Shown here: positions 14,310 to 54,800 of the stretch, piece by piece
Layout: each line of letters opens with the position of its first letter
Position numbering within the stretch: position 1 is the first letter of the stretch
NCBI GenBank assembly: GCA_030141605.1
Contig: JAQGDQ010000922.1
Location: 1-64,000 of the forward strand
Length of the DNA stretch: 64,000 nucleotides
DNA from: Tubiluchus corallicola
Lineage: Eukaryota > Animalia > Priapulida
Direction: 5' to 3'
Notes under the pieces: model-generated
Told to the model about the DNA's origin: nothing
Seen by the model: only the letters and a program-made list of their open reading frames with translations
The model's database searches: none
Position numbers and translations under genes: made by a program

Positions 14310-14348
14310 CCACTGATGACGACAGCAGCAGCCTGTCGAAACGTTTCG
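14310..14348 (+). ncRNA. Minimal type I hammerhead ribozyme motif
   Basis: cca-CTGATGA-c-GACAG-cagcagc-CTGTC-GAAA-CG-TT-tcg; stem I is imperfect. Confidence 0.6.
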
Positions 14349-14522
14349 CATGATTTTATCTTTTTAATGTAAAAGTTTTAATAAAGTTTTGTTGTTTTTA
14401 ACTATAAATGTCATTAATAAAGACATGTTTTGTAAAAAAATGAAACATTTGTAAAAAAAGTCCTCAGTCACCTACAACCCTGATGTGATATAATTGTGAC
14501 AAGATAATCAAATAATCAAAAC

Positions 14523-14981
14523 CAGTGGCGCAGCTAGGAGGGGAGCAAGGGAAGCAACCACCCCAAGCACATTTTTCAAAATTGTCGCTTTTCAACATTT
14601 TTAACTCTTTCATTCACTCGTGCAATAAAAGTAAGTTGAATCATTTTCATTTCTTTTTTAATCGCAGCTTTTACAGAGTTTTCTGGAATCATTACTTTAT
14701 TTGACCAACCTGCCTCCCTAGTTTGCTTGCATTTACACAACTCATTTGTCAAGATTGACTGAATGAACCCAGGATCAAATTGCCCAAACTTTATTATTAT
14801 AATATATTCTTATCACACACCAATACTGTCTGCTGTGGCATAGACAAACGTATAATTGCTTCACGTGTCACGGCACCTTTTTTCACGTGCTTGCTCCCCT
14901 CAACTTTAGAACCTGGCTACGCCCCCTGTCACAGTGTCTTTTTTATGCTCCCCTCAACTTTAGAACCTGGCTACGCCCCTC
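14523..14981. mobile_element. hAT-like MITE with 8-bp TSD and a duplicated right end
   Basis: ATCAAAAC at 14515-14522 and 14982-14989; ends CAGTGGCGCAGCTAGG / CCTGGCTACGCCCCTC; the right end is repeated internally at about 14890-14930. Confidence 0.75.
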
Positions 14982-15423
14982 ATCAAAACCAATTAATGAA
15001 CATAATGAGAAGTATTAATTTTGTGAGATTTAGTGTCTATTGTGCGTGTTAGTGTACCTATCATATGAATGATAATTACGAAAGCTGTAATGCTTGATGA
15101 TAAAGATAAAATATCGAAATAAACGTTGAATAATCTTTGATTTTATTATTTTTTCTTATTGTTCTTCAACTTACTGTTGCCATCAGATAAAAAAACGTTT
15201 TTTATTTTAGTATTTTATCAAGTGAAAAAGCACTAAAAGAAAGCAAGCGACAGGAATCGAACCCGCTTTGCTGTGAAAATTATTCTCTGTCTCAGTGCAG
15301 TTTGCTCATATAACAAACAAAATTTCATCTCAACTTTTTATTACAGGCACTTAAAAACATTTATAGTTAAAACAAAACAACTTTATTAAAACTTTTAATT
15401 AGTTAAATAGTTAAATAATCATG

Positions 15424-15462
15424 CCAAACGTTTCGACAGGCTACTGCTGTCATTATCAGTGG
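15424..15462 (-). ncRNA. Hammerhead motif, core variant CTGATAA (likely inactive)
   Basis: Reverse complement reads cca-CTGATAA-t-GACAG-cagtagc-CTGTC-GAAA-CG-TT-tgg. Confidence 0.5.
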
Positions 15463-15677
15463 TAAATTTACCAACATACAAACATCCAGCATTAATGACC
15501 ATATCTGTGCCTCTGACGACAAAGCTGGTTTTAATTATTTCAACATTGTGACCAGAGCTGCAAATAACTGGGACTTATTAATAAAAGAAACCTTATCTAT
15601 GTACCCTAATAAGCCTTCTCTTAATGTACAAAACAGATCAATTCCTTTAACTTTATGCTCAAACACTTAGCTACTTG

Positions 15678-17510
15678 TTACTGTATCAATTTCTTCTCTT
15701 CAGGTCTGCTCATTCATTACCTATTTGGCTTTTTGTAAATACACAATTAGTGCATAATTTACTGTATCAATTTCTTTTCTACTGGTCTGCTTATTCATTA
15801 CCTATTTGGCTTTTTGTAAATACACAATTAGTGCATAATTTACTGTATCAATTTCTTTTCTACTGGTCTGCTTATTCATTACCTATTTGGCTTTTTGTAA
15901 ATACATAATTAGTGCATAATTTACTGTATCAATTTCTTTTCTACTGGTCTGCTTATTCATTACCTATTTGGCTTTTTGTAAATACATAATTAGTGCATAA
16001 TTTACTGTATCAATTTCTTTTCTACTGGTCTGCTTATTCATTACCTATTTGGCTTTTTGTAAATACATAATTAGTGCATAATTTACTGTGTCAATTTCTT
16101 TTCTACTGGTCTGCTTATTCATTACCTATTTGGCTTTTTGTAAATACATAATTAGTGCATAATTTACTGTATTAATTTCTTTTCTACTGGTCTGCTTATT
16201 CATTACCTATTTGGCTTTTTGTAAATACATAATTAGTGCATAATTTACTGTATCAATTTCTTTTCTTCAGGTCTGCTTATTCATTACCTATTTGGCTTTT
16301 TGTAAATACATAATTAGTGCATAATTTACTGTGTCAATTTCTTTTCTACTGGTCTGCTTATTCATTACCTATTTGGCTTTTTGTAAATACATAATTAGTG
16401 CATAATTTACTGTATCAATTTCTTTTCTACTGGTCTGCTTATTCATTACCTATTTGGCTTTTTGTAAATACACAATTAGTGCATAATTTACTGTATCAAT
16501 TTCTTTTCTTCAGGTCTGCTTATTCATTACCTATTTGGCTTTTTGTAAATACACAATTAGTGCATAATTTACTGTGTCAATTTCTTTTCTTCAGGTCTGC
16601 TTATCCATTACCTATTTGGTTTTTGTAAATACATAATTAGTGCATAATTTACTGTATCAATTTCTTTTCTACAGGTCTGCTTATTCATTACCTATTTGGC
16701 TTTTTGTAAATACATAATTAGTGCATAATTTACTGTATCAATTTCTTTTCTACAGGTCTGCTTATTCATTACCTATTTGGCTTTTTGCAAATACACAATT
16801 AGTACATAATTTTCTGTATAAATTTCTTTTCTACTGGTCTGCTTATTCATTACCAGTTTGGCTTTTTGTAAATACATAATTAGTGCATAATTTACTGTAT
16901 CAATTTCTTTTCTACTGGTCTGCTTATTCATTACCTATTTGGCTTTTTGTAAATACATAATTAGTGCATAATTTACTGTATAAATTTCTTTTCTACTGGT
17001 CTGCTTATTCATTACCTATTTGGCTTTTTGTAAATACATAATTAGTACATAATTTTCTGTATAAATTTCTTTTCTACTGGTCTGCTTATTCATTACCTAT
17101 TTGGCTTTTTGTAAATACATAATTAGTACATAATTTTCTGTATAAATTTCTTTTCTACTGGTCTGCTTATTCATTACCAGTTTGGCTTTTTGTAAATACA
17201 TAATTAGTGCATAATTTTCTGTATAAATTTCTTTTCTACTGGTCTGCTTATTCATTACCTATTTGGCTTTTTGTAAATACATAATTAGTACATAATTTTC
17301 TGTATAAATTTTTTTTCTACTGGTCTGCTTATTCATTACCTATTTGGCTTTTTGTAAATACATAATTAGTACATAATTTTCTGTATAAATTTCTTTTCTA
17401 CTGGTCTGCTTATTCATTACTTATTTGGCTTTTTATAAATACACAATTAGTGCGTAATTTACTGTGTCAATTTCTTTACTGGTCTGCTTATTCATTACCT
17501 ATTTGGCTTC
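15678..17510. repeat. 81-bp minisatellite, about 22 copies
   Basis: ttactgtatcaatttcttttctactggtctgcttattc...; about 3 inverted copies at 13830-14060. Confidence 0.9.
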
Positions 17511-17577
17511 TGTTAACTACTTAATTAGTGCATAATAGGCTCTGCCTACATAAACTGGTTGTATGTTTGTAAATTTA

Positions 17578-17616
17578 CCACTGATGATGACAGCAGCAGT
17601 CTGTTGAAACGTTTGG
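17578..17616 (+). ncRNA. Minimal type I hammerhead ribozyme motif
   Basis: cca-CTGATGA-t-GACAG-cagcagt-CTGTT-GAAA-CG-TT-tgg; stem I cca/tgg is intact. Confidence 0.6.
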
Positions 17617-17699
17617 CTTAATTTTAACTATGTAAAGTAAAACTTTTTCATAAAGTTTTGGTGTTTTTAACTATAAACTGCCACCTTTTGTCCTGTTCT

Positions 17700-18067
17700 A
17701 CATACCAGCGATTGATGATGATGATCATGAAAAGGTCAAAGGTTAAGTGCACCAGGCAACACGTTTGTGTTCACTTGACAACGCATTGCAGTCCAAGCTG
17801 TTGTAATGGTAACAGTTTTAACAGCTAGCTAGAACATTACCTAGTTCATTTTTTCTTGTTCCCAAGCAAGATCCTTGCTAGTAAATCACTCGATAGAACA
17901 CTAGCGCATAATTAAGTCCACGTAAAAAAACTGAAGTTACTGAACTGTTGTGGCAGAAGGGTTTGCTTTACCCACACGTCACGTGGTAGTTAAAACGCGT
18001 TGCTGCGGTACACTTAACGTTTGACCTGCAGCAACTGCGCGTGCGCACAACGAAATCGTGAAAAGAC
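17700..18067. mobile_element. MITE family Z copy abutting the NIT-GC stop codon
   Basis: Inverted homolog of 8168-8528; its end GTGAAAAGAC (to 18067) lies 1 nt from the TAA at 18069-18071. Confidence 0.65.
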
Positions 18068-18068
18068 A

Positions 18069-46298
<28,230 letters not shown>

Positions 46299-46404
46299 GT
46301 GTGCACGCTAAAGCCGTTTCCCACCAAGCACGAAACGCAGCAGAACAACGCAGCAGACACAGTGTGAACCTGTCTCTACCTGTCCTTCTCAGCTACTGAG
46401 CGCA

Positions 46405-46410
46405 TTTATA
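46405..46410 (-). promoter_or_regulatory. Candidate TATA box of the NIT-GC gene
   Basis: TATAAA on the minus strand about 107 nt upstream of the ATG at 46298. Confidence 0.35.
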
Positions 46411-46569
46411 TCTATAGCCTGAAGCCATAGATATCTAAATGCTCTGCAGATTTCGGCACCAGTGTTCAAGCGTGACAGCTAATTAAGTTGTCGACGTTAT
46501 TAGAGAGCAGGGAATTAGCGTGAACCATATAACAGTGTATATTATAATGGACTATTTGTTTTCTTTACA

Positions 46570-48670
46570 TCGACTTCATGTAGTAGTAATAAGTATCACA
46601 TCTTCTCAGGGGCGTATCCACACTTTACGACACCCCGGGTTTATAATGTTGATATCGACTTCGTGTTGTAGTAATGAGTATCATCATCTTCTCAGGGGCG
46701 TATCCACACTTTACGACGCCCCAGGTTTATAATGTTTATATCGACTTCGTGTTGTAGTAATAAGTATCATCATCTTCTCAGGGGCGTATCCACACTTTAC
46801 GACACCCTAGGTTTATAATGTTTATATCGACTTCGTGTTGTAGTAATGAGTATCATCATCTTCTCAGGGGCGTATCCACACTTTACGACACCCTAGGTTT
46901 ATAATGTTTATATCGACTTCGTGTTGTAGTAATGAGTATCATCATCTTCTCAGGGGCGTATCCACACTTTACGACACCCTAGGTTTATAATGTTTATATC
47001 GACTTCGTGTTGTAGTAATAAGTATCATCATCTTCTCAGGGGCGTATCCACACTTTACGACACCCTAGGTTTATAATGTTTATATCGACTTCGTGTTGTA
47101 GTAATAAGTATCGTCATCTTCTCAGGGGCGTATCCACACTTTACGACACCCTAGGTTTATAATGTTTATATCGACTTCGTGTTGTAGTAATGAGTATCAT
47201 CATCTTCTCAGGGGCGTATCCACACTTTACGAAGCCCTGGGTTTATAATGTTTATATCGACTTCGTGTTGTAGTAATGAGTATCATCATCTTCTCAGGGG
47301 CGTATCCACACTTTACGACGCCCTGGGTTTATAATGTTTATATCGACTTCGTGTTGTAGTAATAAGTATCGTCATCTTCTCAGGGGCGTATCCACACTTT
47401 ACGACACCCTAGGTTTATAATGTTTATATCGACTTCGTGTTGTAGTAATGAGTATCATCATCTTCTCAGGGGCGTATCCACACTTTACGACACCCTAGGT
47501 TTATAATGTTTATATCGACTTCGTGTTGTAGTAATAAGTATCATCATCTTCTCAGGGGCGTATCCACACTGTACGAAGCCCCAGGTTTATAATGTTTATA
47601 TCGACTTCGTTGTGTAATGAGTATCATCATCTTCTCAGGGGCATCCACACTTTACGACACCCTAGGTTTATAATGTTTATATCGACTTCGTGTTGTAGTA
47701 ATGAGTATCATCATCTTCTCAGGCGTATCCACACTTTACGACACCCTAGGTTTATAATGTTTATATCGACTTCGTGTTGTAGTAATGAGTATCATCATCT
47801 TCTCAGGGGCGTATCCACACTTTACGACACCCTAGGTTTATAATGTTTATATCGACTTCGTGTTGTAGTAATGAGTATCATCATCTTCTCAGGGGCGTAT
47901 CCACACTTTACGACACCCTAGGTTTATAATGTTTATATCGACTTCGTGTTGTAGTAATAAGTATCATCATCTTCTCAGGGGCGTATCCACACTTTACGAC
48001 GCCCTGGGTTTATAATGTTTATATCGACTTCGTGTTGTAGTAATGAGTATCATCATCTTCTCAGGGGCGTATCCACACTTTACGACACCCTAGGTTTATA
48101 ATGTTTATATCGACTTCGTGATGTAGTAATAAGTATCGTCATCTTCTCAGGGGCGTATCCACACTTTACCACACCCTAGGTTTATAATGTTGATATCGAC
48201 TTCGTGTTGTAGTAATGAGTATCATCATCTTCTCAGGGGCGTATCCACACTTTACGAAGCCCTGGGTTTATAATGTTTATATCGACTTCGTGTTGTAGTA
48301 ATGAGTATCATCATCTTCTCAGGGGCGTATCCACACTTTACGACACCCTAGGTTTATAATGTTGATATCGACTTCGTGTTGTAGTAATAAGTATCATCAT
48401 CTTCTCAGGGGCGTATCCACACTTTCCGACGCCCTAGGTTTATAATGTTGATATCGACTTCATGTTGTAGTAATATGTATCATCATCTTCTCGGGGGCGT
48501 ATCCACACTTTACGAAGCCCTAGGTTTATAATGTTATATCGACTCAAAAAACACACCCACACCACACCACCCCTGGTTTATAATGTTGATATCGACTTCA
48601 TGTTGTAGTAATATGTATCATCATCTTCTCGGGGGCGTATCCACACTTTACGAAGCCCTAGGTTTATAAT
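46570..48670. repeat. 86-bp minisatellite, about 24 copies
   Basis: tcgacttcgtgttg recurs at an 86-nt period (46741, 46827, ...). Confidence 0.95.
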
Positions 48671-49007
48671 TCTGCACCACCCATCTCTATTGTGAATCTA
48701 TTTTTTGTTTGTGTAATGAGGAGATTAAACAATTAAATTACTTGTGGTGTATTAGACGCACTATTAACCTAGATTGTACGTGGTCGTGATTAATTACATG
48801 TATTTGCGTAGCGTTTATATTCAAGCGGGTTGTGCAACTGCTTGTTGCGTAATACCTTGCACCTGTTCGTTATGTGGCACTTATATAAAAGCAGAACTCA
48901 GTGGTGTACTGTGTTATAAAATGCGCCCTTTACATGATCCGAGGAGAGTAAGAATTTTTCTAAAATGTGACGCTCTGAACTATAGCCTATTGGTTAATAT
49001 GCCCCTG
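48630..49007. mobile_element. hAT-like MITE whose left junction is amplified as the 86-bp satellite
   Basis: Right end ATATGCCCCTG followed by AATCTTCT; the satellite unit contains CATCTTCT followed by CAGGGGCGTAT. Confidence 0.7.
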
Positions 49008-49422
49008 AATCTTCTGAGCACTAATTCATTAGACTCATAAATAGAGATGACTTGCCATTAACGCTGAATTAAAGTCCTTTACGCCTAGATGTCGTGTCAT
49101 CTAGTTCAATGAATGTTAATATGTAAATGTTTCCATTTAGTAGGTCACAGAGATCTCCTTGACGTTGGGTGCCCGCGTGATTGGATTCTCCGTGATCCTA
49201 GATAAAGCGATTACTGCTTGGGGAATTCGATCAGCTTCCTCATCCGATTCAGTTTCAATGAGGGGCATTGGAAGCCACCTGCGTCACGGCGTGCTTTGAT
49301 GCAAAGGGTTAGCGAAGCCACTGAGTCCCTGCTGGGTGCGATCACAGGGGGTAACGGATGACGCAGGGCAGAAATTGGTGCCTCATTAAATGAGCTTGTT
49401 GATTTTAATTGGCAGTGGTGAC

Positions 49423-49935
49423 CAGGGGGGGGGGCGGCTCGTAGCTAAAATTAGCCGGGGAGCTGCTTCGGAAAATTTTTAGCTATTGCTTTAATACTGT
49501 GTAAAACGAAATAAACATATGTAATTTTAATGTTGTAATTGTAATTTTTAACAAACAAACCTATGAAAGTTTATACATAAAGTTGATAAAATTGTACACA
49601 AAAATACTGTTTGCTTACTAATAGTCTAAATTGTCACAGTTCAAGCTTGATCGATTCACGGTAAGCACGAGACAACTGACAACAAACTGTGTGAGTGACA
49701 GTACTTTTTCTACCTGGGCTCAGACATGTGTATAGCCGCATGCGCACAACCGCCAAACACACCACGTTGCTGGAGCTGTGAAACATACAGTACTACCCTC
49801 ACGAGCTCTGGTTCCGCACAAGTATAAAGAAAGAACTAAAGAAAAAAAGACTTATTATAGTGAATATTATGGATAATATTGAGTGAAAATAGGGGGTGCT
49901 GCAGTTCCACAGTACCTATACACGAGCCGCCACTG
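49423..49935. mobile_element. hAT-like MITE with 8-bp TSD
   Basis: GTGGTGAC at 49415-49422 and 49936-49943; TIR CAG..GGCGGCTCGT / ACGAGCCGCCACTG. A diverged copy lies at about 41958-42465. Confidence 0.8.
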
Positions 49936-51504
49936 GTGGTGACATCTGTGATCTCCCTAGCTAAATAACAAAATCTTTAACTTGTGTAATAGGCCTAAAA
50001 CCTCCTTTTTGTTCTTCCGTCAATCTTAACCGTATCCGTTGTCAGCTAAGAGCATGATAGGATTGTTTCAATTCTTCTGGGCTTAATCGAGTTCACATTT
50101 TCACTTTCCAGCGGCTGCTCTTACTTTGAGTAATAGGGTTTGTAATTACATTTAGTAAAAAAGTTGTTCACTGCGGTTGTGTTGAAATATGTGCTAATTT
50201 GGTTGGCTATAAATAGCTAAATAGTGGTGTTTCTTAAAGCAAAACTGGACCCAATCTTAAACTGTAGGTCATAACTATCTACTCTTAAGTATTAAAAGAA
50301 AACATACTATTTTTTCAAAAATGACTTACGTGAAAGAATTATTACCTCACAAACACAATTTCACGTTCGCGCCACTAATTTTTTGCTGTTACATGCATTT
50401 CAACATTCGTTAGTTAGACGGGCACAAGCGTCTGCATTTTGGAAACGCATTGCACAAAAAACAGGTACTGTACCTCTCAGTCCAAATGTGTTAGTTTGCG
50501 ACGTTCGACAGCCAATGCGTGAGCACAGCTGTAAATTTAAATTTTTATCTTAAAACTTGCCTAGTTTTAGTAAAACACATTGAATTTCTTACAGTAGCAC
50601 TGTACTTCATTTTGTCGTTTCACAAAATTTTACCGCCAATTTTAAGGTATACATTTTAACACCAATTATTACTGCAAAAGCGTTTCTGATGATTAAATAA
50701 TAGATTAAAACATTTAATTAAGGGCAGGCGAGCTCAGCTATTGATGACATCACAAATTAACATGAGCTGCAAACAAAACTTTTAATGCGTCGCAAAACTT
50801 CTGCACGCACACGAAGAACAAGAAAGAAGAAAGGCAGAATAAAAACAAGAAAAGACAGGACTGTGATTATTTATTTATTCATATATTTTTTAATTTTTAA
50901 CGTCAAACATTTCTCGCAGTAATACTACTGTTTATGATAAATAACCAATTACAATAACAACAACAACAACAACAATAACAATTGCAACTATTAACAATCA
51001 CCAAGAGCCTCAAAATTCACTTCAAAATGTCATACATTACAACAAAGATGAAAAATTTGCATAAGATAAACCTAATTTAAACAGTAATTCTTAATTAACA
51101 ACATCTATTTCAAAAAAGGGTTACAAAACCACTTGGTCAACTGCAGATGGTGACGGTAAATGACGTAAATGACGTAAATGACGTCAAAAATGTAATTCAT
51201 CGCGGTAAAAAATCGATAAAAAGTACAGCACTCTTGTGAGGAAGAATTTTTAGCTATGAAAAAAGTTTCAAAGTTCGTGCACAAATCAAAACTAAAAATC
51301 TTTGTTTGTAGAACAAATGTGTTCTAAAAGTACAGTAAGTCTTCACTTAACGACAGCCCGCTTAGCAACGTTTTGTCTTAATAATGACAATTATTTAATT
51401 TACAGTTAAGTCCTACTTCAGGTACCCCTTTCCTTGTACTTTAAGCACAATTATTAGTCTATGTTACAAAACGTATGATGCAATACATACACAACAAAAA
51501 AAAT

Positions 51505-51585
51505 TGTGCACCTCCGCTGGGATTCGAAACCGGGACTTGCAGTTTCCGAACACGAGTGTCATTACTGACACCGCGTGGTAGGGGT
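51505..51585 (-). other. tRNA-derived (SINE-like) fragment
   Basis: B-box-like GGTTTCGAATCCC on the minus strand; no full cloverleaf could be drawn. Confidence 0.3.
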
Positions 51586-51871
51586 TACGTTACTTCATCG
51601 GAATGAATTATACGAGGTTATTCAGACACCGAAGAATAAAAATTCATCACCATTTAGCAGGTACTGCAAGTGTTAATAATAAATATGGTACAACAATATC
51701 GTATGCAAAAAAATACATGCATACTTAAAACATGCACCGCACATAATGGAAATAGCGAACTGTTCAACAGAATTATCGATTATATGTACACAAAAACAAG
51801 TTTTTGAAATCGATTCCACTAGATTCCACTTCTGTGCACTCAAGATGGCCGCCGAAGATGGCCGCCAAAGT

Positions 51872-54800
51872 TCATGACTTGGGAGTTAAATGTAAAACGA
51901 TGCTGTTCGTAACGTGCATGCATCGTGACCTGGCAATGAAAAACGCTATGATTGCCAGCGAGGCGGCCATCACCACCACCACAAGTCCGCGATTAGTGAA
52001 CACCTTTAGCTTCTCGTTAACGTGCTGTCGTGTTTTCGTCGAAGAGCCCAGGAAACTCGTCTGTATCTGGATAAGTGGCCTGGATTTGTCGCTGAAACTG
52101 CGCCACGTCTCTGGCTTCTCCGTAGACGGGTCAGAAAGGTACTTCTTTTCGCAGTAGCCCGGAAATACGGGCTTCGCTCGAATTCCTCGCCTGAAAAAAA
52201 TGAGAAAGTTAATGTAGGAGCAAGGTAGTGCGTAATTTTTGGTCAGATGCCGAAGAAATACATCAAAAATGGCGCAACGCATTATCATAACTGCAACGTG
52301 ACTACGTGTTGCAAAAGTTGCAGAGCAAAAGTTACTTGTGGCAGGACCGATACCTTACTCATTTTCAGTGGTGATCCCTTAAAAACCCCAGTTCCCAACC
52401 TTTTGGACCCAATTTTTTTACACTATTTCCTGGTACCCCTTTGCCCATCATGGCCAAATGAAGAACCAACGTTGATGTAATGTTATGAATATTTTTATTA
52501 TATATATTATACGTATTGCTCTAATTAAGCTCAGTAAATGAGAGTTCAATGAGATGGCTTCTGTTGCATAGCAGAAACTGACTTTTTGAATCGCTGTTCA
52601 GTTTACGACTGACATGTCTGCGGGGAAATGTTACCAAATTTACAAATTTCTGTTCTAGTTACGTTTGTAATCAGCTACCTGTGTGAAGCCATTTCTGTTG
52701 TAGTTACGTTTGTAATCAACTACCTGTGTGAAGCCATTTCTGTTCTAGTTACGTTTGTAATCAGCTACCTGTGTGAAGCCATTTCTGTTCTAGTTATGCT
52801 TGTAATCAACTACCTGTGTGAAGCCATTTCTGTTCTAGTTACGCTTGTAATCAGCTACCTGTGTGAAGCCATTTCTGTTCTAGTTACGTTTGTAATCAGC
52901 TACCTGTGTGAAGCCATTTCTGTTCTAGTTACGTTTGTAATCAGCTACCTGTGTGAAGCCATTTCTGTTCTAGTTACGTTTGTAATCAACTACCTGTGTG
53001 AAGCCATTTCTGTTCTAGTTACGTTTGTAATCAGCTACCTGTGTGAAGCCATTTCTGTTCTAGTTACGTTTGTAATCAGCTACCTGTGTGAAGCCATTTC
53101 TATTCTAGTTACGTTTGTAATCAACTACCTGTGTGAAGCCATTTCTGTTCTTGTTACGCTTGTAATCAGCTACCTGTGTGAAGCCATTTCTGTTCTAGTT
53201 ACGCTTGTAATCAGCTACCTGTGTGAAGCCATTTCTGTTCTAGTTACGTTTGTAATCAGCTACCTGTGTGAAGCCATTTCTGTTCTAGTTACGTTTGTAA
53301 TCAGCTACCTGTGTGAAGCCATTTCTATTCTAGGTACGTTTGTAATCAACTACCTGTGTGAAGCCATTTCTGTTCTAGTTACGTTTGTAATCAGCTGCCT
53401 GTGTGAAGCCATTTCTGTTCTAGTTACGTTTGTAATCAGCTACGTGTGTGAAGCCATTTCTGTTCTAGTTACTTTTGTAATCAGCTACCTGTGTGAAGCC
53501 ATTTCTGTTCTAGTTACTTTTGTAATCAGCTACCTGTGTGAAGCCATTTCTGTTCTTGTTACGTTTGTAATCAGCTACCTGTGTGAAGCCATTTCTGTTC
53601 TAGTTACGTTTGTAATCAGCTACCTGTGTGAAGCCATTTCTGTTCTAGTTACTTTTGTCATCAGCTACCTGTGTGAAGCCATTTCTGTTCTAGTTACGTT
53701 TGTAATCAGCTACCCATGTGAAGCCATTTCTGTTCTAGTTACTTTTGTCATCAGCTACCTGTGTGAAGCCATTTCTGTTCTAGTTACGTTTGTAATCAGC
53801 TACCCGTGTGAAGCCATTTCTGTTCTGGTTACGTTTGTAATCAACTACCCGTGTGAAGCCATTTCTGTTCTAGTTACATTTGTAATCAGCTACCTGTGTG
53901 AAGCCATTTCTGTTCTAGTTACATTTGTAATCAGCTACCCGTGTGAAGCCATTTCTGTTCTAGTTACGTTTGTAATCAACTACCTGTGTGAAGCCATTTC
54001 TGTTCTAGTTACGCTTGTAATCAGCTACCTGTGTGAAGCCATTTCTGTTCTAGTTATGCTTGTAATCAGCTACCTGTGTGAAGCCATTTCTGTTCTAGTT
54101 ACGCTTGTAATCAGCTACCTGTGTGAAGCAGGTTTTTCAACGATGGTGACAATGAACACAAAAGCCCGAAACCGCCTTGACATCCCCGGAGACATGAGAG
54201 TTAGTCTGTCGAAAACTGAACAGCGATTCAAAAAGTCAGTTTCTGCTATGCAACAGCAGCCATCTCGTTAATCTGTAAGACGGGGGGGGCACTGGTTTGC
54301 ATTCGTTCATTTTTCAAGAGGCGGCATTTTTTTCCTCACGTCTCTGCGTAACACGGGCCAAAACCTGCTAAAGTTACGAACGGTGAAAACCACCCAACTC
54401 CGGGCAAAAGGGAGCCGAAAATCTTTCTCTTTTTTTACCATATTACCTGATGAGGAGGCAGCGCATGTGATCGATCCTGTATAGAGCATCCGGAACGTTG
54501 TTCAATTGAGAATTGCTCCACAAACGCTCGGCTACTGCGGACGCACGGGGCCTGCAAATGTACAAGAAAGTTAAGAGAGGAGCATACAATGTCATCGGTC
54601 GCAAATAAACCATTAAATTCGTAGATTTAAGGAAAACGTGGGTGTTTCATGCAGTAGGAATTAAAGCAACACTGGACCCAATCTTAAACTGTAGGTCAAA
54701 ACAATCGATTCTTTAAAATATCGAAAGGAAACTTACTATTTTTTCAAGAATGACTTACGTGAAAGAATTATTACCACACAAACGCAATTAGCGCCGATAG

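Larger units (their letters stand above)
13660..14410. mobile_element. Penelope-like element remnant with inverted pLTR arms
   Basis: About 13660-13830 is the reverse complement of about 14240-14410; each arm carries a hammerhead core. An internal fragment resembles the GIY-YIG C-terminal (KPSLNVQ) segment at 15485. Confidence 0.7.
15340..17680. mobile_element. Penelope-like element remnant: inverted pLTR arms, GIY-YIG C-terminal fragment and internal 81-bp minisatellite
   Basis: 15485-15670 translates as SSINDHICASDDKAGFNYFNIVTRAANNWDLLIKETLSMYPNKPSLNVQNRSIPLTL, typical of a PLE endonuclease C-terminus. Arms at about 15340-15480 and 17550-17680 are inverted. Confidence 0.75.

Noticed and set aside
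51505-51585. Functional tRNA gene
   Set aside because: Only a B-box-like segment is present; acceptor and D stems could not be formed.
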